The notes under the pieces were generated by a model. It ran no database searches. It was not told where the DNA came from and worked only from the letters and a program-made list of their open reading frames with translations. A stretch of DNA of 64,000 bases from the human T2T-CHM13v2.0 reference genome, Homo sapiens, in NCBI GenBank assembly GCA_009914755.4, contig CP068257.2, forward strand, positions 41,376,001-41,440,000, given 5' to 3'. Positions 34,881-50,277 of the stretch are shown here, piece after piece. How positions within the stretch are numbered: position 1 is the first letter of the stretch; every line of letters begins with the position of its first letter. The position numbers and the translations under genes are program-made.

Positions 34881-34965
34881 TCTCAAGAAGGTTGGTGTTC
34901 TTTTTTCCAATCTTTTGTGTTTTTCTCATCTTTTAGAAGCTTCTCTTTTTTTGCAGGTGCTCTGA

Positions 34966-35425
<460 letters not shown>

Positions 35426-35945
35426 TGAGGGAGGCCGTGCCAGGGCCTGGAGCATGGCCTTGTAACGAGCAGATCTTCTCTCGTGTTTTGTGAGAAGGAA
35501 TTTAACAAAGAAATGCCATTCACATCTTTTTCTTTTAAAATGAAGTTGGCAGAGTAGCCTACGCTTTCCTGGGTGACAGGAGGGAAGGTCCGTATCTCTA
35601 GTGCCTGTGGAGGCGTCTGGAACAAGGAGTCAGCCTGTGCCCTCCTGTTCTGCGGACCCTCTTTCTGCCTTTGTGCTGTTTCTGTTTCTTTCCCCTCTGC
35701 TCCCCTGGCGTGTCCTGCTCTTGAGAGTTGGATTTTCTGGTGTCCCTGTTCATTCTCATTGGTCCTTGACATCCCTTTTCGGCTAGGAAGTCACATGTTC
35801 TCACTGACCTCGCTGCAGGAGGCACAGGTGGGAACAGGTGGTGGGTGAGAGGACCACGGCATTCCTGCCTGCAGAGGATGGGCTCTGAGCCTCCCTGCCT
35901 GAGAGGCCTCTGCAGAGCCAAGTCACTAGTGCAAAGACTTATCAT

Positions 35946-36160
35946 GTGCCAGCCTGGGCAACAGGGCGAGACCCTGCCTCTACAAAAAGTAGAAGAAATT
36001 AGCTGGGTGTGGTGATGCGTGGCTGTGGTCCCAGCTACCCAGGAGGCTGAGCTGGAAGAATCACTTGAGCCCAGGAGTTCAAGGCTGCAGTGAGCCGTGA
36101 CTGCACCACTGCACTCCAGCCTGAGTGACAGAGCAAGATCCTGTCTCAAAAAAAAGAAAG
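35946..36160 (+). mobile_element. Alu (sense, 5'-truncated), ~180 bp upstream of exon 8
   Basis: …CCAGCCTGGGCAACAGGGCGAGACCCTGCCTCTACAAAAAGTAGAAGAAATTAGCTGGGTGTGGTGATGCG… A-tail. Confidence 0.85.
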
Positions 36161-36341
36161 GCTGGTCATGTGGAGGGAGCCGTGTCCTGAAACATCAGTC
36201 CACACAGGGTTCCCGTGCATGGGCCTCGACTACAATCATTTCCCTGTCCGATCCTTGGCTGTTTTCTCCACCTGCAGTTGTAAGTACTTGGATATGTGAG
36301 AATTTCCTATGCTTTCTAATGTTATTTTTCAACTTTAAAAG

Positions 36342-36470
36342 CTTCAGTTACAGTTAAACCAAGATCTCAGCATCTTGCATCAAGATGATGGTTCATCTAA
36401 GAACAAGAGGGGCGTCCTGCCAAAGCATGCCACGAACGTGATGCGGTCCTGGCTCTTCCAGCACATCGGG
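36342..36470 (+). CDS. PKNOX1: PKNOX1 exon 8 (LQLQLNQDLSILHQDDGSSKNKRGVLPKHATNVMRSWLFQHIG; start of the TALE homeodomain)
   Basis: Acceptor tttcaactttaaaag|CTTCAG; donor CGGG|gtaagg; 129 nt, phase 0. Confidence 0.9.
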
Positions 36471-38611
36471 GTAAGGACGGCTGGGCCAGCCCTTGCCTTG
36501 CAGCCCTCTGCGACGCTTGCTCTCTGGCTTATGTGTCATGGAAAAGGGTTACTTCTCTGGGCTCAGAAAATCAAAGGCCTGACTTTCAGGACTTTGTGGC
36601 ATGTCCATAATGTGGGGAGCGTGGGGCACTGCTGCAGGGAACTTGAAGGGCAATGAGGGCTGCCGTGAAGGAGCACCCGAGCACATGTGAGGCGTACACG
36701 TGTGTCCGAGACAGCCCACCACGAAGGGTGATGGGGTCAGGTGAGCCAGAAAAGTGGGCAGAGAAGGGATGTTCTTGGGCAGCAGCTGGGGAAGTTGCTG
36801 TGTTTCTGTGTGTTGGATTAACAAGGAAGCTGAGATGGGTTAGAGACATCGCAGGGCCGGGTGCACCCACAGGTGGGCCACCGGGTGGGTGCCTTTCGCT
36901 GGAAGCGAGTTTGTCCCACAGGGCGCGCCGTTTTGCCCAGCACGTGTGCACCCGGCTTCCTCCCCCGGGCCATGGCCGCGTCTTCTCCCTGTCCCCAGGA
37001 CATCTTAGGAAGTGCAGTGGTGGGCCTGCTTGCTGAGTTGATGGGGGAGACCTGCTCTGCACGCTGTGTGGCACCATTGCTGCCAGCCTGCTGATCCAGG
37101 GCAGGAGAGAGCAGGCGGGGCTCTCCTGGGACAAGCACAGGGAGGCCAAGGCGGGAAGGCAGACGCCAGTTTGGCTTGGCCCTAAGTTTGCCCTTCTCCC
37201 CTGCTGTCGCCACTGATTGTTGTGAGGCTGTGGCCATATCCGCCTGTGTCCCAGCCTCCTCCTCCTCGGCCTTCTGCACTGCATCTGCCCTGCCCTCCCA
37301 CTGTCTCCTCTCCAGGGTGCCTCCGCTGGGGCTGAAGCCTGTTTGTCCTCAGCACTCTGTCCTTGCCCTCCCCTGACTGTGGGCCCCTGAGCCCGTAGCC
37401 ATCTCGCCATTTCGCGGCCCACTTTCCTCTGGCTGCCTCGGGCTCCTCAGTTGAGGATAGGGTCCATGGGAGTGACTGGCCTGAGGGCTTGAAACTGGTG
37501 GGTAGTGTTGCTGAGTGGTCCTGGGAGGAGAAGGGCCCTCTCCTGGGCAGAAGGCCTGGCAGGAGCCTGGGCTGCGCCTCTTCTGCTTGCCTGCCCTGGC
37601 CTCTTGGTCTCCACCGAGCCGCTTCCATGGGCATAAAAGGTAGCAAGCCACACATGTCAGGAGAAAGGCGTGCTACCTGTGAGCAGCGGGGCTGCTCCGA
37701 GAAATTGGTTCAAAGAGATCAGTCACAAGAAAACGGAAAGATTTGTGTGTAAGAATGTTAGTGTCGTTCAATATAATAATGGAAAGCAGGTCGGCATGTA
37801 GATGGGGACGTACTGGTTTGATGGAGTATCATATGCATAGTTAACATGAGGAATGAGGGCTCTAAGCAGTCGGGAGGTTTAGTGAAGGATAGGAAGTCAA
37901 AAGGCAGCATGTTGGTATATTTACACACATTGCGATTATTACAGCCAATCAGTATATGTATAACATAATGATAGAACAACACCAAGTGGTGGGATTGGGT
38001 GAGTACTCTCCTTTCAGGTTTCCTTTAATGTTTTAATAATTTCTCAAACAATAAACCCTGCCCATCATGTCCAGTGAAGACGCCGCGTTTTTTCCTGTGG
38101 GGCGTCCTCAGTCCCTCCTCACCCTCGTTTCTTGGCAGCGCCGACCCCCTGTAGTTTCCCGCATACTCTGGGGCAGCATCTCTGGCTGTTTGGTGTTTTC
38201 TGCTTGTGTGCTCGTGTTTCCTGCCCTGTTTCTATTTTATGAGCTTTTTAAAGGGGGAGAACAGTATTTCTGTTTCCATGACCTTGAGCTCAGAGCCACA
38301 CACTCATTGATGGAGTCAAGTTGAGTCACACTGCCGTTAGTTTGAGGAAACAAACCCATCACTGCTGAGGCACATCTGAGGCCGCTCCGTCCCCATGTGA
38401 TGGGCAGGGGTGTTTCCACGCCGCACTCAGTGTTCCTTTCACGTCAAAGCCAAAGTAAACTCTCACTGCTGACTTTGCTGGTACCGTTCATTCTCTTGGG
38501 TCCTTGTTGATCCCAAATCAAGGGCTTTAGTGCATTCAGGTTTTAGAGTAAATGTCGTGTTGGTTTCCACATATAGACAGTCATCAACCTTGGAGAAATT
38601 ATTTACCATAG

Positions 38612-39072
<461 letters not shown>

Positions 39073-39909
39073 CTCTGGTTGGATTTTTTGTATGTGAAAT
39101 GTTTCAATCATACATAAAAGAAGAATACCATAGCAGGCACTCCTGTCACCAGCCCTGGGTTCAGTTCCTTACTGACAGCACAGGTGAATCCAGCAGAGAT
39201 CTCACCCCAGGAAAGCCGTCGATGGCATCAGCTTATCCCAGTGTCAGTTGATTCCTGTGGTACCCATGATGGAAATTTGTCCCCCAGCCTGCCTGGCCAT
39301 TTCCTACTCCACCTGTTTCACCAGCTGTGGGATGGGGGCAGTTTGTAAACACTTCATGCCTCAGTCTCCTCTTCTGTAAAATAAAGACACTGACAGTGAC
39401 TGTCTCAGCAGGTGCTTCTGAGGAATCAGTGAATTATTATAGAATGGACCAAGGTAATTGAAATGTGCTGTGTATTGCTTGTGGCAGAGGCTCCCGGGCC
39501 AGAACGCATCCACCCATCCTCTTTATATGGATGTAGTTTATTGTTCATAAGTTAAAGTTCAATAAAGTTGATAAAGAATCTATAGATTGTATCAAGCCTG
39601 GTGTAGACTCACCGCTGGACTGCATAGCTGCTCCTCATGATGTCGCTGCTGTTATCGTCACCGCTGAACCGTTAAACGTGGGGGGCGGTCTGCCTTGGCC
39701 TATACGCTAACCAGCCACTGCAGCACTAGGACATTCCTGGGACGAGGAGAAACACTTTGTTCGTGAGACTACAGTTAGGTTTTGGCTAGAAGCACTGTTG
39801 ACGTGACCATTATTTTCTAATGATTATGTAATGCTCACATTTTGCCTAAATCGTCTTGATTTCCTTTGTAAACTCGAAGGCCATGGTAACCTTCTTTTTT
39901 TATTTTCAG

Positions 39910-39986
39910 CATCCCTACCCAACAGAGGATGAGAAAAAACAGATTGCTGCTCAGACAAATTTGACACTACTCCAAGTCAACAACTG
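39910..39986 (+). CDS. PKNOX1: PKNOX1 exon 9 ([25 protein letters not shown] + TG of W; TALE PYP loop)
   Basis: Acceptor tttttattttcag|CATCCC; donor AACTG|gtaagg; 77 nt. Confidence 0.9.
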
Positions 39987-40090
39987 GTAAGGTGCCCTGC
40001 TTCCTGAAATCATGCTGTCAGCACGGTAGAGCACTTGGAAACCCTGGCACCAATACATGGTGAAATCTTGCTGAAAATAGGAGGTCTCTC

Positions 40091-40224
40091 TTTTTCTTTT
40101 TTCCCAACTGAGATGGGGTCTTGCTGTGTTGCCCAGGCTGGTCTCGAACTCCTGGCCTCAAGTGATCCTCCCACCTCAGCTTCTCAAAGTATTGGGATCA
40201 TGGGTGTGAGTCACTGCACCTGAC
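40091..40224 (-). mobile_element. Alu monomer fragment (antisense), ~105 bp downstream of exon 9
   Basis: rc: GAGATGGGGTCTTGCTGTGTTGCCCAGGCTGGTCTCGAACTCCTGGCCTCAAGTGATCC…GGGTGTGAGTCACTGCACCTGAC. Confidence 0.8.
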
Positions 40225-41515
40225 TAAAAATATGAGTTCTTTTAATGGGCAATGGGAGCAGGAGACTTAGGAATAAACCAGGTTCAACCTAAGTTTTCAT
40301 ATCAATACCTCATTATGGACTGCATCCTGCCTGCCTCTTTAGAGCTGTTTCTCTAGGGTGCTACTGTCCCCAAGCCCCACATTCATACAAAACTGTGATG
40401 TGTTGTTAGTGGATGAGCCTCTGGATGGTGGGAGGCCAAGAGTGAGAGGTCCTGCCCCATGAGGGGACCCTCTGCCACTCTTTCTTGTGGGGGTCCTGCT
40501 CCACAGAAGAGTCTGGGAGCCATTCCTAGCAAAGAAACACCCAGGAGGACATTTCATAAAACGTCCCCTTCTAGTCCTGCTGTCAAACATTGCTGTGGAC
40601 ACTTAGACTCTGGCCAGATGTATTTTCTTCAGTAAGGGCTTGTGCGTGTTCCTAGGTGGCACTGAAGTGGGGGGTGGTCTTCCATTTTGGTTATTAGTCA
40701 CTTGTCACATTTTTTTAATTTACTTATTCAGATGTAGGAAACAGTTTCAGCTTAATAAAACTGGCATGCATAAAAGAAGAAAGCACAAATTCTTCCAGTT
40801 GTAAACATTATTATCTTTATCTTAGCTGTGCTAAAATGTGAACTTGTTGAAGTTCCAGCAAGAAAGTCTTTGTCTTTGTGCAGTCGTGTGTGCGGGAGGT
40901 ATGCTTCGGGGTTGCATAAGTACTTCCATGATCCTGCATTCTTGCCATTCTTTTAGATTTGGGTAGTCACAACAGACTATACTATTTGCGTTATTTCCTG
41001 TTAAATCTTTTAAATAGAATATTAACAAAAATTTAAAGATTCTGAGTATGTTGTTGCTGCAGTGGTTGTTATATTCTGCTCATGTGCTTGTTTTCCTGGA
41101 GCTATGTGGAAACCACATACTTTGGTTGGGGCACACCTGTGGTGGGTGGGCTGAAGTGGGAGGGATGCGTCTCTGGATGTGCTGGTGCCCCGTCACTGCT
41201 CAGCACCCTCCTGCTTTTCTGCATTCATGATTTCCTGGTGTTCCCTGACTTGCTACTATGTTACATTAACGAATTGTCTTATCTAGGTTTAGTATCAACT
41301 TTTAATTTTTAGTAATAATAACAGTTTAATAATATAACTTAAAAATTCCAAATTTCTGAAATCTTTAATATTTGTAGCTACTTATACTTTTTGTGACTTT
41401 CTTTTCTTTTGTATTTACAAACATTACATCTTGGAGTGAGATACACACACCCATCATTAGTTCATGCCTCTGCTGGTAGCAGCTTTGAATAAGAATGATT
41501 TAAAAACACATTACA

Positions 41516-41939
<424 letters not shown>

Positions 41940-42676
41940 TCATTATTATTAGACTGTGTGCTAATATAATTGTAGATATTTTTAAATCTTGGACTTTTAA
42001 AATTAAGCAACCTTAGAGCTGATCCAGTTCTAGTGTTGTTGTTTTGCAGAGGGGGGCATTAAAAAAAGAAAGAAGTTGTCACAGTGACAAACCAGAGTAG
42101 AATCTGAGTCTAAAAGTAATGCTTTTGTTTCCCTGATATTGTGAACATGGCTACTCAGCTATCCAGATAGACAAGTCTGGCTTTTAATAGATGAGCAATG
42201 TGTGACTCTAGCAAGAGGTCAACTACTTTATCATTCATGTTACTGAAAAAAGAAGACAGAAACGAGGCCTTAAGCATGGTTGGTATTGCTGCTTTTGCGT
42301 TAGGTTGGGGTAATGCATGAATCTGGACGGGTTCTGGTTTAATAGGCGCTTTCACGGGACAGATGTTGTTTTTCTTTCCGTTTCTTTCCATTTCAGCTCT
42401 TTTTGTAGCAAAGTGGCCCAGTCAGTGGCATAGGGTGGTGGGTGCAGCAGAACGCATGTCTGGTTTGCTATCTTTGTCCTCTAGTCACTGCAGGAGGAAA
42501 AGCTGGCCTAGGGATTTGAGTCTCCTTGCACTTTCTCACATTTAAAGGCAACAGCTCATAGCATAAGAATGGGAACTGAAGACAGCAGCCTTTAATCTTA
42601 ATGTATTTTGAGATTGCTATCATACTCATTTGATATGAAACAATGTCCAGCCTGCCTTGCCAACCTGTGACTGTTG

Positions 42677-43028
<352 letters not shown>

Positions 43029-43741
43029 TTATCACAGGCGTGAGTGCCTGGTCTGACAGAGTCGCCAGCGTCTGTCGGGGATTTCATCACTGCTGGTGCC
43101 TACGTGCTGTGCTGGCCACATGTCTAGGACCACTGGAGGACTTACGCCTCCAGTCATCTAAGAAACAGCTCATCATTGGGAATGGTTTTTGAAAAGATGC
43201 AGCTCTTGCCTTAGATCGTGCTTTGTGGTGAAACAAGAGGAGGTGGCAGTCCCATTCTCTGATGGCTCAGACACGTTGCCACCCAGAGGCTCGGCCCCGT
43301 TGGTGATCTGGTGACGTCCAGACGAGTGCAGACTGCCCGATCGTCTCAGGCATGATGGCACTACAGAAAGTCTTGCTTCTTTAACATTTTTCTTCCTTAG
43401 GGAAAACAGTGTCAGATTCACAAATTCAACAGTATCATCTATGTCGTTATGAGTATCTAGTTCACAAACATGCCCTAAAGGAGTTGAGACAAAAAAAAAA
43501 TGCCATGGACGAGTTGGTGCTTATTTGCATGATTTTTAAAACAACAGGCTCTGTGTTTCTGGGCATTTAGAGAATTCAGAAGAGCTGTTGAGTCCTCTTA
43601 AGTAGTTACTATAGTGGAGAACTTGAGTCATTCTTTGTAGCGTGCTTCGTAGAGCAGCGTGTTTGTTAGAAGGATTTGTTAATCCTGTATAGCGTCTTTA
43701 CGAAAGCTGTTTTCATGGAAGCTTCTCTTTGTTGACTCCAG

Positions 43742-43914
43742 GTTCATCAATGCCAGAAGACGAATTCTTCAGCCAATGTTGGATTCAAGTTGTTCAGAGA
43801 CCCCCAAAACAAAGAAAAAAACTGCTCAGAACCGGCCAGTTCAGAGGTTTTGGCCTGATTCTATTGCATCAGGAGTCGCACAGCCACCGCCGAGCGAGCT
43901 CACCATGTCGGAAG
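43742..43914 (+). CDS. PKNOX1: PKNOX1 exon 10 (…W FINARRRILQPMLDSSCSETPKTKKKTAQNRPVQRFWPDSIASGVAQPPPSELTMSE + G; homeodomain helix 3 WFINARRR)
   Basis: Acceptor ttgttgactccag|GTTCATC; donor GAAG|gtacag; 173 nt. Confidence 0.9.
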
Positions 43915-44464
43915 GTACAGGTGGCCGGCCAAGGCCAGACATGGTGGACCATGGGGTGGGGATTATGAACAAGAGGCCTGGATCAGGCCTGTTAGCTGTG
44001 AGCCTCAGGTAATGTGGTGAACGAGAGTGCGTGGTTCTCTTTCTCTGCAACTAAAACATGAGGAAGCTGCATTCTGCGTGCACGGGAGCTCTCAGTAAGA
44101 GTTAGGAGCACCAGTAGTAGAGAATGTAAAACACGTGATAGAGATATGAAATCATTAATTCTGTCTCAAAGACACAGTCATGCCCATGGATCTTCTCCTT
44201 TGCTTCTGTGTTTGCTCTCCTTTTCCCTCCGACGCCGGGTGTGGAGGAGGGACTTACCCCGTTCTCACCACGTGGCTTCTTTCTCTTCATCCCCCATGCC
44301 CTTCTCTTGTTTTTGCTTATTCCCTGTGGCCTCTGCTCTCCATCCCCTGACGTAGGCAGCCATTCTGATGTGTTTTATAGGCATCTTTCTGTTCGCATGA
44401 GGTCTTCATATTTTGGATGGTTTTGTGTGCATGTGTTTTTATTTTTTTTTATTTGTTTGCTTTG

Positions 44465-44766
44465 TTTTTTTTTTTTTTTTTTGAGACAGAGTCTCACTCT
44501 GTTGCCCAGGCTGGAGTGCAATGGCGCAATCTCGGCTCACTGAAACCTCTGCCTACCAGGTTCCCGCCATTCTCCTGCCTCAGCCTCCCGAGTAGCTGGG
44601 AGTAGCTACAGGTGCCTGCCACCACGCCCGGCTAATTTTTTGTATTTTTAGTAGAGACGGGGTTTCACCGTGTTCACCAGGATGGTCTTGATCTCCTGAC
44701 CTCGTTATCCGCCTGCCTCAGCCTCCCAAAGTGCTGGGATTACAGGCATGAGCTACCGCGCCCGGC
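44465..44766 (-). mobile_element. AluY-like (antisense), ~160 bp upstream of the last-exon acceptor
   Basis: Poly-T(18) GAGACAGAGTCTCACTCTGTTGCCCAGGCTGGAGTGCAATGGCGCAATCTCGGCTCACTG… ends GCATGAGCTACCGCGCCCGGCC. Confidence 0.9.
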
Positions 44767-44926
44767 CCAGAAACAGTTTCTTAAATCCCTGTTGAACATT
44801 CCCTAAACATATATAGGTGTTTTATTTTAACTTTAGGTCAAACAAGCAAACAGCACCCAATTGAGTAATAAAGTGTTTTTCTGTGAGTACTAATTTAAAT
44901 AATGACACACCTTCATCCTGCCGCAG

Positions 44927-45138
44927 GAGCTGTTGTCACCATCACCACGCCCGTGAACATGAACGTGGACAGCCTTCAGTCTCTGTCCTCGGACGGGGCC
45001 ACCCTGGCGGTGCAGCAGGTCATGATGGCAGGGCAGAGCGAGGACGAGTCTGTGGACAGCACAGAGGAGGATGCGGGTGCCCTGGCCCCTGCCCACATCA
45101 GCGGGCTGGTCTTGGAGAACAGTGACTCCCTGCAGTAG
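44927..45138 (+). CDS. PKNOX1: PKNOX1 exon 11 coding part (GA + AVVTITTPVNMNVDSLQSLSSDGATLAVQQVMMAGQSEDESVDSTEEDAGALAPAHISGLVLENSDSLQ, stop TAG 45136-45138)
   Basis: Acceptor cctgccgcag|GAGCTG; an in-frame TAG closes a 436-codon ORF assembled from the ten exons. Confidence 0.92.
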
Positions 45139-45296
45139 GGGCAGGAGCAGACGCACCTGACTTTTTGGAGTTTGCACAGCAAACATTTTACACAGTTTTA
45201 TTTCTAATATGTTTTATATGTAGATATAGAAGAGTGCACTTTTGTATTTCATAGTAAGCTTAAAGCGCGTCTTTGCCGGTGCAGCGACTTCTTTCA

Positions 45297-45334
45297 AGTG
45301 TGTGTGTGTGTGTGTGCGTGTGTGCGTGTGTGTG
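45297..45334. repeat. (GT)n microsatellite in the PKNOX1 3'UTR
   Basis: gtgtgtgtgtgtgtgtgcgtgtgtgcgtgtgtgtgg. Confidence 0.95.
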
Positions 45335-46831
45335 GATTTTTAAAGAAATTCTTTAAAGGTTTAACGCTAGATTGTGAGGAATGACACACCACTCCCTCCC
45401 CACCTTGAATCCCTAATTAGATTAAGGAATAGCGCTGCCATTTTCTAAACCGTGATGCGGTTGTCACTTAGTTCTGTGGTTCCAGCAGATCTCAGTGGGC
45501 TGGTTGATTTGTGTGGCCCATGGATTTGAAAGAAGCTGCTGCACCCGAAACTGCCAGTGTGCGGTGACAACGGCACACGCCTAGACTGAGTGTGGTTTCG
45601 TCGTGAGTGGATGGACGGCAAGCTTAGCAAGCCTAAGTCCCCTCATGTTCAGTGAGCCTGTTTCATTTGCTATATAGAAAAAGAAACTCCTATTTTTACC
45701 TTGCTGGAATTATTGGATAAAAAAGCTATTTTTATAAATTCGTTATGAATTGGATGATGACTATATTGAGGATAAAATTTCTAGAGAAGAAACAATACAT
45801 GCTTGCTATTAATATTTCAATTTGGAATGTTCTGAATTGACCAAATTTAACGAACCTGCCCAAAGTTAGCTACCGTTCCATGGTTCTTTGCTCTCCCCGG
45901 GTAGTGATGAACATTTACTACTATAAAAGAAACAGCTATTTAATGAAATTTTGATATCTGCAAATTTTTGTTGATATGTAATGCTCAGATTGCATTTTAC
46001 ACTTGATCTAAACATATATCGAAAGATATCTGCTAAACAGGACTTCAGGTAAGTGAGGTGAAATGGTAGCCAGTGACCCGTTAGGAGCTCTCACCGTACA
46101 TACTCCAGTCTAATTTAAATCTGACCACAGTTGCATGGTCGCTTTACCATGTTAGCTGTGTATTGTTTTAAAAGTTTTAACTTCAAAATATGTTATGCAC
46201 AGAATGTTTATTATAAACTAATATAAAATGTGCTCTACCCCATTGGCTCAGAGCTAGGGCAAACAGCAGATATTCAGACTTTATTACTTAACTAGCGGAC
46301 ATCCCTGGAGTCCCAGCAGCGAGTTGGTCTGGCGAGGGCACCTCGGCAGCCCCCACGGGTTGGCTCCTACGTTTGCGTTTGTGGCTGGTCTCCTGGTGTC
46401 AGTGTTCTCTTGTACGTTGTTGCTTTCGACTTTTCAGAGCCCTCCTGCTCACTTGACCACGTGAGATTTGGAATAACTGTAGGACTTCTGTTTCCTGGTA
46501 ACAAGATGAACCGAGAGAGTGGGCTGGGTTCTGTTTTCTTTGGTTTTGATTTGTTTTCATTGTTTACTTAGGAGTGGTGCTTTTTCTCAGAAAACAGGCC
46601 ACGGTGTTTCATACAGAATGTCTTCATATCATCTGAAATGGTATGGCTGAAGTTCATTTGTTTACAGGGTCGGGAATGTCTTCAGTTCTTGAGAGTCAAC
46701 AGTAATGATTGGTTGTAAGCCAAGGGACATTTTAAGCTAGTGAAGAGTTTTTTCTGGAATTGATTTTTCCCAAAAGAATATATTAATTAAGGTTAAGAAG
46801 TCAGTGGGAAACACACAGAAATTTATTTTAA

Positions 46832-47183
<352 letters not shown>

Positions 47184-47334
47184 GAGAATGACATCTTAAA
47201 GCCACCATTGCGTTCCTCATTTGTGAACTGTCTTCTCATATTTTAAGTCAAGTCTATAAGATCATTTTTAACCTAAGTTCCAACTTTGTTGGACTCCTTA
47301 AAATAAGCACCCATGAAAGCCAGCCAGCCCTTCC

Positions 47335-47391
47335 TCCTTCCCTCACCACCCTCCGTCTCTTCGTCCCTCACCACCCTCCGTCTCTTCGGCT
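47335..47391. repeat. ~26-bp tandem duplication (CCCTCACCACCCTCCGTCTCTTCG x2)
   Basis: Read directly. Confidence 0.85.
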
Positions 47392-47521
47392 GCCTGCTCT
47401 TTAGTGTAGATTAGTGGAAGCCATTCACAGAATGTAGACTCATGTATAGGTCACCGTTTCTTTCCCCCACTAGAAATCACATTCACTAAGCAGTGGATTG
47501 AATTTAAGAGTGCTGCCCCTG

Positions 47522-47690
47522 CCCGGCGCAGTAGGGCGTGCCTCTAGTTCCAGCTACTCGGGAGTCTGAGGCAGAGGATGGCATGTGCCAGGAGTTTGAG
47601 GCTGCAGTGCACTATGCTTGCACCTGTGAATAGCCACTGCACTCCATCTTGGGCAACACAGTGAGACCCCCATCTATAAAAAGAGAGCAC
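47522..47690 (+). mobile_element. Alu right-monomer-like fragment (sense), diverged
   Basis: …GTGCCTCTAGTTCCAGCTACTCGGGAGTCTGAGGCAGAGGATGGCATGTGCCAGGAGTTTGAGGCTGCAGTGCACTATGCTTGCACCTGTGAATAGCCACTGCACTCCATCTTGGGCAACACAGTGAGACCCCCATCT. Confidence 0.7.
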
Positions 47691-48608
47691 TGCCTGAACC
47701 TTGGTGGCACTGGGAAGCTCTGGCCTGAGAGTTAAACACCCATGCTGAATGGTACAGTGTGCATTCTCTCCAGCTGAAAACTTTCTTCAACTTTCCTAAA
47801 TTCTTACTAAATTCAGAGGAATAGGATAAAGATCACTTAGAGAAAGGGTGCTTATGGACATAGCCTGAGTTTCCTTTAACCTCTCTCCAATGGGTGCTTT
47901 TAACTAGCTTCTACATGGCAAGCTGTTTCAGTTTGCAAAATCACTGCCCAGCATGTTTGAGGTCAGTTGGCACCTTAAAACACCTGTTCTCCAGCCCTTG
48001 GACAGTGGAGAGAATCTGTAAAAGTGTGACCCCCTCTAAGATTTCGTTTTAAATGATCAGATTCGGTTCCAGTTTTATTCTTGTTGAGTTTTTCCCTATG
48101 AAGGCTCCTTTTGAATGTGTCTTGAGACCCAAATTGAGCATGTTGCTGTTATTCCTGCCCTGCACCTGTGGAGCAGGAGTGGCAGGGCTGGCTGTGCTGG
48201 GTTCCAGCTCGCTCCTGCCGAGGGACTAGCTTGGCCTTTGCGCTTTGATTCCAGATAGTAAGATGAGTGGAAGTGTTTATCGAGCATGCAAAAGAAACCC
48301 TCACGGCTAACGGCTCTGGGAGTTGTGTCTGTGTGACCTGAGAGTGATCCATCTCCTGCCTGTGTGAGGTAGCAGTGGGCACTTTTCATTGAGACAAACT
48401 CCAGGGTGTCCAGAGGGGGTTCTGCCCCTTGTGAAGGCCCATTCCTGGCACTTAGAGACAGAAAGAACTCAGCAATCTTTCGTTCTAGTTATATTCGGTC
48501 TTTGAAACTGACAATCTTTGAAATGTGAATACTGTAACAATATGTTTTCTTGGATTGTTGTCTTTAAAAAGGATTTTTGTGAAGCAATTGATTTATCAAA
48601 GCAAAAAA

Positions 48609-48614
48609 ATTAAA
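48609..48614 (+). promoter_or_regulatory. PKNOX1: Candidate polyadenylation signal ATTAAA for PKNOX1
   Basis: ATTAAA lies in the context gcaaaaaaATTAAAaatagaaacttgctttatgg. No canonical AATAAA is seen between the stop codon and ~49.5 kb. Confidence 0.25.
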
Positions 48615-49579
48615 AATAGAAACTTGCTTTATGGATGTTTTATTTTATAAAGCTCATGTCACCAAAAGCTGCTTCTCCATTTTATGTAAAACATTGAGAA
48701 TGTTTTCATGTTTTCTGGTGACATGTAGGGTCTGTAGTCACCCCTGCATATTGAGAAACTAGGACCACACTGCATCGGACTAGTCAGGTCCATTTACATG
48801 TCCAAGAATCTTTTCTTAAATTCCTTACTTTGTTCATTCATTGGCTGTTCAGGCAGAAAATGGAAACAGGTAGCTTTTATGTTTTTTATTATAGTTTTCC
48901 ACAAATCTAATTATTTTGATAGTTACAAGAAGATAATGATTCATCAGTAAGCTAACATAATCCCTTTCATAGTTCATATTATAAATTTTCATGACAAGAA
49001 AGTTCCTGAAGATTTAAAAGGTACATTAAAACAATTTCAGAGGGTTTTTAATCTTTGTTGTCCAGAGTGTTATAACTCCCAACAACTGTTCATGCTTAGA
49101 GGCTAAAGTCAGCAGACTTAGTATTTTAAAAACCACATGCAAAATTATGAGTCTTGTTGGTAATTAGTAGTGACAGCTGACTGTATTGTTTCAAGCAATG
49201 TTTTCATTGGTTACAGAAAACTGAGGCACTGTGTTGTATCTCCAGCTCCCTTAGTTCAGAGGTGAGAGGACGGGCATGAACTTTATTAATGTGGGGCCTC
49301 AGGCAGCCCCAGTCTCTCTAGGCTTCCAGGGCTACATTTATGAAAAGGAAGAACTGGCTTATAAGGTTTATTCTAGCCTTACAATGATGTTTATGACTAA
49401 TAAGATTCTATCTCTCCATCTAAAGACTGATGAGGAAGTGAGTAATGGTCTAGCAAATCCAGAAAATAAGAAATATTTGGATTAAATATTTAGTGTTTCA
49501 CAGTTTTTGAATTATATGAATGTCATAAACAATGTCTACTGTTTTTAGCTTTCATGCCATTCTATTATGTATACTCTCA

Positions 49580-49907
<328 letters not shown>

Positions 49908-50277
49908 TTATTTTTGCCCTTGTACAGTGGGATATTTTTACCTTCACTAAGACCTAGGATAGTTGTTTAACAATCATTGTTTATAAAATCTGCGAGACTA
50001 GTGACTATATAGCATCTAAGCACATGTGACTGAAAGCAGTGAATGCCCAGGGTGGCATCTGGGCCTGGGGCCAGCTTTCCCCAATCCCACGTCTTCACCA
50101 TGCAGCCCAGGTCGGGTCTGGCACCTGCAGGCTCCTCTCTGCCAGGCCTCCTCAGGTCTGGCTTTTGTAGTCTATAAAGGACTAGTTAGTGTTGCTTACT
50201 TGGATAATTTGTAAGTATTCTGTATAAAAATCGTATTTAGAAGGTATTATCTTATACAGATGTTTCCATTCTTTATC

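Noticed and set aside
36586-37422. 278-aa ORF on the minus strand (the longest in the track) plus overlapping 127-157-aa ORFs on both strands
   Set aside because: It lies inside PKNOX1 intron 8 in GC-rich DNA. The product is low-complexity Arg/Pro/Gly/Ser-rich with no recognisable domain, and overlapping open frames on both strands are the signature of GC-rich non-coding sequence.
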